Part shown: positions 34,311-41,783 of the stretch, one piece after another | Layout of the letters: every line of letters begins with the position of its first letter | Numbering within the stretch: position 1 is the stretch's first letter | Origin: a virus | Taxonomy: Duplodnaviria; Caudoviricetes | Reading direction: 5' to 3' (one strand) | DNA length: 41,783 nt | Virus record (IMG/VR): IMGVR_UViG_3300046805_000112 | Location: 1-41,783 of that record | Translations under genes and position numbers: made by a program | Notes under the pieces: generated by a model | What the model was told of the DNA's origin: nothing | What the model saw: the letters and a program-made list of their open reading frames with translations, nothing else | Databases searched by the model: none

Positions 34311-35279
34311 ATGGCAGTTTCTTTTCCATCTAGTTTATCACCAGCAGTTCAAGCAGCTAGTATACAGGAATATAGAAATGCTGCCGCTTCCCAAACTGCA
34401 CCGCTTAGATACCCACAGAAGAGTATTGGTAAGGATGACGACTACTTAGAAATAGGTGTTATTGAATATAAAGCACCAGGAACTAAAACGGAAAAAAATA
34501 CTCTTAAATTACAAAATAGTACACAATCCAATTCTAATCAAAGGATATTATCTACAATACAACTTCCAATACCAGCAAATATTGGTGACACAAACCAAGT
34601 TAATTGGGGGGATGATAGTTTAAATCCCCTTGCTGCTTTGGGTGTAGAGAAAGCAGGAGAAATTTTTAAATCAAAAGATTATGGAAGGGGAATTGTGGAT
34701 GCTTTTAACTCTGCTGGAATAACTCTTTCAAAAGTTGCAACTCAGGGTGGAGGACAAAATCTTGTTACTAATTATTTTACTTCAAAATTAGTAAATAGTG
34801 TAGCAAATGGAAGTGTAAACCCAACTGCACTACTTTCAAGGGCAGAAGGAAGTGTTCTAAATCCAAACCTAGAACTATTATTTGGTGGTGTTAATTTGAG
34901 GACTTTTACTTTTGATTTTGATTTTGCTCCAAGAAACTCTGAAGAATCAAATGTTGTTAAGCAAATTATAAGAATATTCAAACAATCAATGACTCCAAAA
35001 ACTGGTAGTAATGCAGATGGTGCTGGGTTATTCATTGAGGCTCCAAATGTTTTTATTCTAAAATATAAAACTGGAAGTCGTGATCATCCATATTTAAACA
35101 AATTCAAACCTTGTGCTCTTACAAGTATGGGAATGAATTATACAGGTTCTGGTTCTTATACAACTTATGCGGATAAGACACCAGTTCATATGAAACTAAA
35201 CTTAAGTTTCACCGAACTCAATCCAATTTACAATGAAGATTATGATAGTAATGTAGGCAAGGACGCAGTAGGTTACTAA
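34311..35279 (+). CDS. gp48: Baseplate tail-tube cap gp48
   Basis: LRYP; NPNLELLF.GV.LRTF.F.F.FAPRN..E; CALTSM.MNY. Confidence 0.88.
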   Translation: MAVSFPSSLSPAVQAASIQEYRNAAASQTAPLRYPQKSIGKDDDYLEIGVIEYKAPGTKTEKNTLKLQNSTQSNSNQRILSTIQLPIPANIGDTNQVNWGDDSLNPLAALGVEKAGEIFKSKDYGRGIVDAFNSAGITLSKVATQGGGQNLVTNYFTSKLVNSVANGSVNPTALLSRAEGSVLNPNLELLFGGVNLRTFTFDFDFAPRNSEESNVVKQIIRIFKQSMTPKTGSNADGAGLFIEAPNVFILKYKTGSRDHPYLNKFKPCALTSMGMNYTGSGSYTTYADKTPVHMKLNLSFTELNPIYNEDYDSNVGKDAVGY

Positions 35280-35280
35280 A

Positions 35281-35928
35281 ATGTCTTATTTCAGAGAACT
35301 ACCAGACATAGAATATCAGTCCCCCTTTGCTGATAGTAATTCTTCACAGAATTATGTAAGAGCAAAGAATTTATTTCGTCGTGTGAAACTTCGTGATGAC
35401 TTACAAAATGTCTTTACTCTATTCAATAAGTATCAGATTCCAGAAGGTGCAAGACCCGATATTGTTGCAGAAGCAGTTTATGGTAGAGCAGATTATGATT
35501 GGGTAGTTCTTATGACTGCTGGTATTGTAAACGTAAGAGATGAATGGCCTCTTTCGAATAGAGACCTTTACAGATATGCCGAGAACATTTACGGAACTCA
35601 ATTAAATGCCGTTCATCATTATGAGACCACAGAAGTTAAAGATTCTAATGGAAGATTGATTCTCCCTGCTGGTAAGGTTGTTGATTCCAATTTTACTATT
35701 CCAAAACCAGATGATTATACAGCAACATTAAATCCAGTTATAGGAATCAGCAATTACGAATATGAAACTGCAAAGAATGAAGAAAAGAGATCTGTATACT
35801 TATTAAGATCAGATTATCTACAACAATACTTAAATGATATGAGAACAATTATGTATTATGAAAAGTCTTCTCAGTATGTGGATAAAAAACTAATTCGTAC
35901 CGAGAATACTAGAGTCACGATGCCATAA
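35281..35928 (+). CDS. gp53: Baseplate wedge gp53
   Basis: MSYFRELP; RPDIVAEAVYG..DYDWVVL; EWPLS; HHYET. Confidence 0.9.
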   Translation: MSYFRELPDIEYQSPFADSNSSQNYVRAKNLFRRVKLRDDLQNVFTLFNKYQIPEGARPDIVAEAVYGRADYDWVVLMTAGIVNVRDEWPLSNRDLYRYAENIYGTQLNAVHHYETTEVKDSNGRLILPAGKVVDSNFTIPKPDDYTATLNPVIGISNYEYETAKNEEKRSVYLLRSDYLQQYLNDMRTIMYYEKSSQYVDKKLIRTENTRVTMP

Positions 35929-36507
35929 GAGTTCTAAACTCTTATCAAAAATCATCACATATCGGTGCTTGCGGGAGCGGTCTTTCCATTCTCCTTCGGC
36001 ACCTTTTACTTTACCTCGTGAGTGTTTAGTTCCGTCTGCAAAATAGAAATCTTTCTTTGGATCTGTAAGACCTGCGTATTTAAAATTGCAAGCGCGATAG
36101 ATTGTACCAGTATGGTGATCGCTATCAGCATAAGAGATGATTGCTTTAACTTCAGTATCTTTCCGAAGTTGTCTAATCGCTCGTGACACAAACCAAGAAG
36201 TGATGTTATATTCTTCTGACTGTGTAGTAGGTTCGATGCATAATCTGGAGAGTTCAAAAATTCCTTGTTGTTCATTTCGTTCTAATCCAAAAGCACCTTT
36301 GGCAATTTCTGGAACAGGAAGCCCAGTAAAAATACAAGTACCCTTTACACCACCGATGTTTAGTGGAGAGAAGGCATTTTTTTTATAAAGACCATAATTG
36401 TAACCAGACCTAAAGGTTTTGGAAATATCCTTCAAATAATGAAACCGCAGAAGTAACTCTGCGGCTTCACCTTTGGTTACACGATCTATTGTGTAATCAG
36501 ATTTCAC
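35890..36507 (-). CDS. Mom-like (GNAT-fold) DNA modification protein
   Basis: FHYL; ELSRLCI; SWFVSRAIRQL; IISYAD...HTGTIYRACNF.Y.G; KHRY. Confidence 0.8.
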   Translation of the reverse strand: MKSDYTIDRVTKGEAAELLLRFHYLKDISKTFRSGYNYGLYKKNAFSPLNIGGVKGTCIFTGLPVPEIAKGAFGLERNEQQGIFELSRLCIEPTTQSEEYNITSWFVSRAIRQLRKDTEVKAIISYADSDHHTGTIYRACNFKYAGLTDPKKDFYFADGTKHSRGKVKGAEGEWKDRSRKHRYVMIFDKSLELLWHRDSSILGTN

Positions 36508-37418
36508 TCGGCAAGTTTTGCGAAGTAAGACAGAGTATCATCATCGTCTTCATCATAAGAAGAAGACTTAGGAGAACTCAGATTGCTCAGTTCAGTACGG
36601 AGATCTTCATCAAGATCACGAACTGGTCCACGAGAAGTCTCTTCCTCATCAGCAACTTCAGGATCTTGACGACGAGTTCCTTTGTTACCCAGAACATAAT
36701 CAAGACGCTTCTTCAGTTCATCATAAGACTTGAACTGATCGGCAGCAACAAGTTCTGCAAGAGAATACTGCTTCTTCCAGATTGCTTCCATAGCATCATC
36801 ATCGTCCAGCATAGCACCTTGTGCGGCAAACTCACTGGAATCATAGTTGCGATAACCAGCAACGTTCTTTGCCTTCAGTTTGAAGTTAGCACCCTGCCAG
36901 AAGTCAAAGGGATCGATAGGAGTCTCATCCTCAAACTCGGGTTGCATTGCGGCAGTGATCTTATCAAAGATTTTCTTGCCGAACTTATAGAGGAAGACCC
37001 TACCTTCGTTAGAAGGATTCGCAGGATCTTTGACGACATAGATGTTAGCAGCATAAGTCAGTTTACGCTTCTGTTTACGTGCAATTTCTTTACCAGCATC
37101 AGTACCATTATTCCAGAGTTCGGAGTTCAGTTCCGACACGGGATCTTTCTGGTTCATAGTAGTGAGAGAGTTCTCAATATACCAACCACCAGGACCTTGG
37201 AAGGCATGGGAGTACAGTTTCACAAACGGCAGATCTTCGCCGTTAGGAGCAGGGAGGAAACGAATGACGGCATAACCATTGCCACTCTTATCACATTCAA
37301 GTTTCCACAGACGGTCATCACCTGAACCGCCAGAATTATTCATTTTTTCTACTTCTTTAACCAGTTTAGCAGTCAGCGAACCAAGTTTGGACTGCTTCTT
37401 AAGGTCTGAAAAGGACAT
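36504..37418 (-). CDS. gp32: Single-stranded DNA-binding protein gp32
   Basis: DKSGNGYAVIRFLPAP; WYIENSLTT; FDFWQGANFKLK; acidic tail. Confidence 0.97.
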   Translation of the reverse strand: MSFSDLKKQSKLGSLTAKLVKEVEKMNNSGGSGDDRLWKLECDKSGNGYAVIRFLPAPNGEDLPFVKLYSHAFQGPGGWYIENSLTTMNQKDPVSELNSELWNNGTDAGKEIARKQKRKLTYAANIYVVKDPANPSNEGRVFLYKFGKKIFDKITAAMQPEFEDETPIDPFDFWQGANFKLKAKNVAGYRNYDSSEFAAQGAMLDDDDAMEAIWKKQYSLAELVAADQFKSYDELKKRLDYVLGNKGTRRQDPEVADEEETSRGPVRDLDEDLRTELSNLSSPKSSSYDEDDDDTLSYFAKLAE

Positions 37419-37460
37419 TGGATACCTCGGATTTTTTTGGATTTGTTGGATTACTTGGAT
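37418..37460 (-). repeat. Five ATCC(A/G)A units at 9-10 nt spacing in the gp32 leader
   Basis: ATCCAAGTAATCCAACAAATCCAAAAAAATCCGAGGTATCCAATG. Confidence 0.8.
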
Positions 37461-37489
37461 AGTATAGCAAGGATGGTCTCACTTGTCAA
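37461..37489 (-). promoter_or_regulatory. Sigma70-like promoter of gp32
   Basis: TTGACA-N17-TATACT. Confidence 0.85.
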
Positions 37490-37811
37490 GAAATTGCTTG
37501 AGAGACTCAATTGTTTTATTCATACTATTGAAAAGTAAATTCATATCTGTGTCGGGAGGGAATCCCATAATTGCCACAGATTTTTTCAAATTCTCTTTCA
37601 TCTCAACCGCTTGTGGGTCATCAGAAAGAGAAAGTCTTGTGTACATAATGCGTTGCTTTTCCAGCAACAAAGTCATCTTTTCAATGTGTTCCAGTTTATC
37701 TTCACGAGTCATTGACCCAAAAGTAAGAATACTTCCATAAATGAACTTTTGAAGGTCATTGATTTCTTCAAGTTCTTCTTGTATAAGGTCAGAGTCAAAG
37801 AATTTACTCAT
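37479..37811 (-). CDS. Conserved cyanophage protein (DUF1825-like)
   Basis: FFDSDLIQEEL...LLEKQRIMYTRLSLSDDPQA. Confidence 0.75.
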   Translation of the reverse strand: MSKFFDSDLIQEELEEINDLQKFIYGSILTFGSMTREDKLEHIEKMTLLLEKQRIMYTRLSLSDDPQAVEMKENLKKSVAIMGFPPDTDMNLLFNSMNKTIESLKQFLDK

Positions 37812-38394
37812 TTACAATTTCCCGTAAAAGTTTTTTGTACTGAAAGACATCAATATTTAGAAATGGTTTATATTTCTTGATTTTTAAACTTACGGTTTCC
37901 CACACTGGGTCCAAAAGTTTCTTATCAAACACATTCCCGAACAGGAATATTATATCATAAATCACCAGGGTTTCAATACCAATCTTCCCGCTCAGGAACT
38001 TTTTTAGAACTGGTGGATGACCTTTCGAACAGTTGAAAGCATCCTCTAATTTTGTTTCCGAGAGTAATTGTTCCGATTGTTCTTTGAACAAGTAGGTCAA
38101 ACTCTGCTGTCGTTTCATCCACTCGACGTATGTTCTTTCGCCAGAATTTATAATTTCTCCAATCCATACGTTTTGTGGGTTATCGGCAGCAAGAAAGTTA
38201 GCAAGAAAATAATCTACTATTTCTTTATCGGAATATTTACGACTGGACTTTTCGAACCAGTACTTGTCTTTGCGTTTGTTGAAGGAAGTTATGGTTGCCC
38301 GTGACTTCCCACCATATTTAAAGAAATCGTATTTTGGATTTGTAAAATGACTTTTAAGAGAGAGATAATGTTGATAGCACTCAAATGGACTCAT
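37804..38394 (-). CDS. gp59: Helicase loader gp59
   Basis: YLSLKSHFT..YDFFKYGGK; F.KRKDKYWFEK. Confidence 0.88.
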   Translation of the reverse strand: MSPFECYQHYLSLKSHFTNPKYDFFKYGGKSRATITSFNKRKDKYWFEKSSRKYSDKEIVDYFLANFLAADNPQNVWIGEIINSGERTYVEWMKRQQSLTYLFKEQSEQLLSETKLEDAFNCSKGHPPVLKKFLSGKIGIETLVIYDIIFLFGNVFDKKLLDPVWETVSLKIKKYKPFLNIDVFQYKKLLREIVNE

Positions 38395-38651
38395 AGAGGA
38401 AGGCGGGCTTTCGAAGTTTTTTTCATAAAGTTTAGATTGATAGCATCATACTTCAATCGTTCCTTAAGAGGTTTAGAAATTAATTTTGTGACTGAATCTA
38501 CCTCAATCTTATTAATCTCACAATAATGGCAAATAGCATCAATATAATTCATACTCTCCTCCGCAACGATCTTCTCTATCTCTAGAGAAAACTTGGAAGG
38601 AGTCAGAAACTTATCCTCTATTGCCTGTTCTAATTCCTTATTAGGTTCCAT
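38391..38651 (-). CDS. gp33: Late-transcription coactivator gp33
   Basis: Start MEPNKEL; YIDAICHYCE; KLISKPLKERLKYDA..LNF. Confidence 0.9.
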   Translation of the reverse strand: MEPNKELEQAIEDKFLTPSKFSLEIEKIVAEESMNYIDAICHYCEINKIEVDSVTKLISKPLKERLKYDAINLNFMKKTSKARLPL

Positions 38652-39321
38652 ACTGCTCAAGTTTATCTCCAACAAACTTTCTAATATATTGGACGAGCAA
38701 TTTAAGGTACTTTGCTTTGTCGTATTCTTCATAAACAACACATTCTCCATTTTCACAAGACATAATGATAACAAATTTTTTGACTGGTATCTCAGTCAGT
38801 TCGTAAAACATTGCTGCATAAGCACAGCACTGGACAAAATAATGATCGATCCACTCACGTGGTTTCGGTTTCTTAGAAGTCTTAAAGTCGATGATTGCTA
38901 ATTCGCCATTATATTCGGCAATGCAATCGACCGTACCGGCAATACCCAATTGCTTACTATATAGGGAACCTTCAAGAGAGTGAATATTATCAATATTCTT
39001 GAGAGTTGATTTAGCAATATTAAACAGAAACTCTGAGATTGGAAGAATATCCGTAGGAAGATCGTGATTTTTCAGGAAATACTCGGTAAGAGTATGCATA
39101 TCCGTACCACGACTTGTTGCAAGTTTTGTGATACGGTCTGCTTCCACATCTCCAACTTTCTTTCTCCACTTCACAAAGATTTCTTTATTGAAATGACTTG
39201 TGATAGAAGTGATTGAAACTAGTTTGAGTAGTTCTTCATCATCAGGAACTTTATAATATCGAATACCATCTATAGTCTCCCGATCAAGTTTCGGGAGCGT
39301 CACATCAATATGATTGAACAT
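38641..39321 (-). CDS. PD-(D/E)XK exonuclease (Cas4-like fold)
   Basis: SITSI; RGTDMH; AGTVDCIAEY..LAIIDFKTS; Q..AYA. Confidence 0.88.
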   Translation of the reverse strand: MFNHIDVTLPKLDRETIDGIRYYKVPDDEELLKLVSITSITSHFNKEIFVKWRKKVGDVEADRITKLATSRGTDMHTLTEYFLKNHDLPTDILPISEFLFNIAKSTLKNIDNIHSLEGSLYSKQLGIAGTVDCIAEYNGELAIIDFKTSKKPKPREWIDHYFVQCCAYAAMFYELTEIPVKKFVIIMSCENGECVVYEEYDKAKYLKLLVQYIRKFVGDKLEQYGT

Positions 39322-40076
39322 TAAAGACCTACTTCTATTTTCGCAAGGATGTATTCTTTGACAAGTCCAGAACGAACAATATCATCGACACCAAATTCTA
39401 TTATATCAATAGATGGCATTTTGCGCAACACATTCATAAAATCAACAATTCCATTACGCTCATTAGTTTTCTGCAAATCAGACTGAGAAGCATCTCCACA
39501 AAACATAATCTTAGAGTTCTCACCAACACGAGTAATGATTGAATCCAACTCATGTGCCGTACAGTTTTGGAATTCATCTACAATCACAATTGAATTATCA
39601 AGTGTGGTTCCTCTCAAGAATGAAGTGCTCCAGAACTTAATGGTTTCTTGTGCTTTAAGATTACCATAAAGCATCTCAAATTCGGCATCAGAAGGCATCT
39701 GGAACATATACTTCACCATATTCTTATAAGGAATCTGGTAGATGTCTGACTTATCCTCATAGGAACCAGGAAGGAAACCAATCTCCCTTGTAGCAACTAA
39801 AGAACGAACCAGATAGATTTTCTCATAAGGAGTTCTTTCATCAAGAACTTCACGAAGAGCATTATAAAGAGTGATAAAAGTTTTACCCGTTCCTGCACAT
39901 CCATAGGCAACAAGATGTTTGCCCTCGGCATATGCATCATAAAGTTTTCTTTGATTGTCTGTGAGTGGGTCAATATCTAAAAGATATTCACTTCCGAGTG
40001 CCTTCTTTCTTTTCATTTGACGGGTTGTAAGACCAACACCAATTGGTTGCTCATTCGTCCTTTTTCTTCTTGCCAT
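39321..40076 (-). CDS. phoH: PhoH family ATPase
   Basis: GCAGTGKT; REIGFLPG; SFLRGTT; VDEFQN; RSGLVK. Confidence 0.95.
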   Translation of the reverse strand: MARRKRTNEQPIGVGLTTRQMKRKKALGSEYLLDIDPLTDNQRKLYDAYAEGKHLVAYGCAGTGKTFITLYNALREVLDERTPYEKIYLVRSLVATREIGFLPGSYEDKSDIYQIPYKNMVKYMFQMPSDAEFEMLYGNLKAQETIKFWSTSFLRGTTLDNSIVIVDEFQNCTAHELDSIITRVGENSKIMFCGDASQSDLQKTNERNGIVDFMNVLRKMPSIDIIEFGVDDIVRSGLVKEYILAKIEVGL

Positions 40077-40318
40077 TAGATTTTTTTGACCGATGATTTA
40101 GGAGCTTTACTTGCCTTGTTTAGAACTTCGTTCCATCCTGGGTGCTTATTGACGAGTTTATCTTTCCACTCACCAACTTCCCCTGGACTTGCGGATCCTT
40201 GTGACCAATCCCTTTTCCATTCGGGATTGTCCTGATACCACTGTGTGATGTCGTGAACACTCATTTCAATCACTTTCGTTTCACCAGTTTCTTTATGAAT
40301 AATCGGATAAATTGCCAA
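40076..40318 (-). CDS. Conserved T4-like small protein (FmdB-like position)
   Basis: MAIYP...TGE...GWNEVL; CTAAATA at 40345-40351. Confidence 0.65.
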   Translation of the reverse strand: MAIYPIIHKETGETKVIEMSVHDITQWYQDNPEWKRDWSQGSASPGEVGEWKDKLVNKHPGWNEVLNKASKAPKSSVKKI

Positions 40319-40347
40319 AATTAAATCTCCATTTTATATGATTTTAT

Positions 40348-40998
40348 TTAGATGCTCCACTCATCAGAACCACCAAGTGCCTCATAGCAAGTAGGAAATT
40401 GTTCTCCAAATACTGCTTTACAGGATTTGGCAATATCCATATGTTCTTTCTGAGTTCCCGATTTTTCTCTGAGAGCAATGTAGGTTATCCACGACCTGCA
40501 AGAGCCAGTCATATAAATCCTGGTGGGAACTGCGAGAGGCAATACAAACCTAGCACATTCCTTTGCGACCTCTGCCTCTAGGAGTTCCTTGTAGAGGTCC
40601 TGAGCGGCATTGAAGTGGTCCTGTATCTTGGAGTAGAGTTCAATCTTAAGGTCTGCTGGAAGGTCGTCTGTGGAGTTCTGACGGTTCTTTGTGTCCTGCC
40701 TACGAAGTTCTGGTAGGGGAATCTCCTCAGCAATCAGATTCGTATCAGCATACCTCTGTGAGAACTCTTGGAATGTGAAACTACGATGACGCAGAATCTG
40801 TGCGGCAATACCACGAGTAGTCTCAATCTCCAGTGTCATCGTTGCCTGTTCAAACACACTCCAGTGATTGTGCTTAATACAATACTTCAACAGTCCAGCA
40901 TAGTTGGGATTGTCCTGGTTATTCGGATTGCTGACACGAGCAATGTATGCCATCATGTTTTCGGCATCAGGAGTAATACTAATCAGTTTTACAGTCAT
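40348..40998 (-). CDS. thyX: Flavin-dependent thymidylate synthase
   Basis: ThyX motif RHRSFTFQEFSQRY; HWSVFE; ECARFVLP. Confidence 0.96.
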   Translation of the reverse strand: MTVKLISITPDAENMMAYIARVSNPNNQDNPNYAGLLKYCIKHNHWSVFEQATMTLEIETTRGIAAQILRHRSFTFQEFSQRYADTNLIAEEIPLPELRRQDTKNRQNSTDDLPADLKIELYSKIQDHFNAAQDLYKELLEAEVAKECARFVLPLAVPTRIYMTGSCRSWITYIALREKSGTQKEHMDIAKSCKAVFGEQFPTCYEALGGSDEWSI

Positions 40999-41150
40999 TT
41001 CTTTCCAAATCCCCTGTGTTCTTTTGAATTTTGCTTTTCCAATTCTAGCACAGAAAGTTGTGCCTTCATAAATTGAATCTCCTCACCAGAATACAAATAA
41101 TCCTGCTTCAGTGCTTCTTTAATCAGTTTAATTGCCTTTTTGTTTCTCAT
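40995..41150 (-). CDS. Small hypothetical protein (MRNKKAIKLIKEAL...RGFGKK)
   Basis: 51-aa ORF read manually; ATGA overlaps. Confidence 0.7.
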   Translation of the reverse strand: MRNKKAIKLIKEALKQDYLYSGEEIQFMKAQLSVLELEKQNSKEHRGFGKK

Positions 41151-41302
41151 TCAGAATCCTCAAAAATTTCGTCGTAATCTAATTCTTTTGGTGTAATATC
41201 ATCAAATTGATATGCCTGAACATCAGAATATAATTCTGTTTTCAGCGAATCCACAAGAAGTTCTAAATTACGGACAATCAGTTTTAGTTTGTCTTTGTCC
41301 AT
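41147..41302 (-). CDS. Small cyanophage protein (MDKDKLKLIVRNLELLVDSLK.ELYSD)
   Basis: 51-aa ORF read manually. Confidence 0.75.
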   Translation of the reverse strand: MDKDKLKLIVRNLELLVDSLKTELYSDVQAYQFDDITPKELDYDEIFEDSE

Positions 41303-41323
41303 TGCATATAGTTCTCTCATATC

Positions 41324-41352
41324 ATTTTACATAAAAAAGGAAGACAAGTCAA
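41324..41352 (-). promoter_or_regulatory. Sigma70-like promoter
   Basis: TTGACT-N17-TAAAAT with TG extension. Confidence 0.7.
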
Positions 41353-41357
41353 GATCA

Positions 41358-41783
41358 TTATAGATCCTGATTTTGAACCCACGCAAGAACAGTATTGTAG
41401 TCAAGTTCATTTTTATTTTTGACGAACTCAATACTGAACATATAACGAATATTATCACCATTTACAACTTTGTGTGGTTGTTGATTGTTAAAAAGAAAAA
41501 ATGAGTGTTCTTCGTAAGGAACAATCACAGTTTTACCAGGAACTTCAAAGGAGCATTCACTTTGAACATTATAATTAAGTTGCATATTTACACAAACACC
41601 GCGATTTTGATCTACGTGAAGATTGTAAATTTCATTTGGGTGAAGGCGAAGAATTCCTGCCTGAAGAATAGGAAAAGTTTCATCAATTCTATTCAGTAGA
41701 GATTCTTGAATCCAAAGTTCACGGGGAATTTGAAGTGCATCAAATCCAAAATAACTCTGCCAATCATTTGAGGAATTTTCAAT
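41358..41783 (-). CDS. 2OG-Fe(II) oxygenase/cupin-fold protein, 5'-truncated by the window
   Basis: Frame open to the window end: ...YNLHVDQNRGVCVN...FNNQQPHKVVN...RYMFSI (HxD...H...R). Confidence 0.7.
   Translation of the reverse strand: MENSSNDWQSYFGFDALQIPRELWIQESLLNRIDETFPILQAGILRLHPNEIYNLHVDQNRGVCVNMQLNYNVQSECSFEVPGKTVIVPYEEHSFFLFNNQQPHKVVNGDNIRYMFSIEFVKNKNELDYNTVLAWVQNQDL

Noticed and set aside
36489-37325. 278-aa plus-strand ORF antisense to gp32
   Set aside because: Shadow ORF caused by biased codon usage of a highly expressed gene; no recognisable motifs or RBS
38652-38774. N-terminal extension of the gp33 ORF in the track
   Set aside because: Overlaps the exonuclease; gp33 similarity begins at MEPNKEL (38651)
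1-41783. Alternative genetic code or suppressor tRNA
   Set aside because: Core genes translate full-length with code 11; anticodon UAA reads UUA (Leu), not a stop codon

Overview
Segment of a T4-like cyanophage (myovirus) genome. The likely host is a picocyanobacterium (Synechococcus/Cyanobium type), inferred from CP12, PhoH, ThyX and cyanophage-type core genes. 1-14.1 kb is a minus-strand accessory/early region: a beta-class DNA amino-methyltransferase coupled to a ParB-like ORF, CP12, about 40 tightly overlapping small ORFs and an SF2 helicase. It is punctuated by six copies of a repeated promoter-like element (dyad box + variable hairpin + -10 box, no -35). 14.2-35.9 kb holds tail-fibre, baseplate and tail genes (gp5, gp26, gp51, gp4, gp2-like, gp48, gp53), interrupted by three tRNAs (Leu-UAA, CAU probably Ile2, Ile-UAU). 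35.9-41.8 kb has a Mom-like DNA-modification gene, gp32, gp59, gp33, an exonuclease, phoH, thyX and a truncated 2OG-Fe(II)/cupin gene. The most notable signals are the repeated promoter-hairpin cassette, three orphan antitoxin-like folds, two AUA-decoding tRNAs and a periodic gp32 leader. All calls come from motif recognition by eye; no searches were run.
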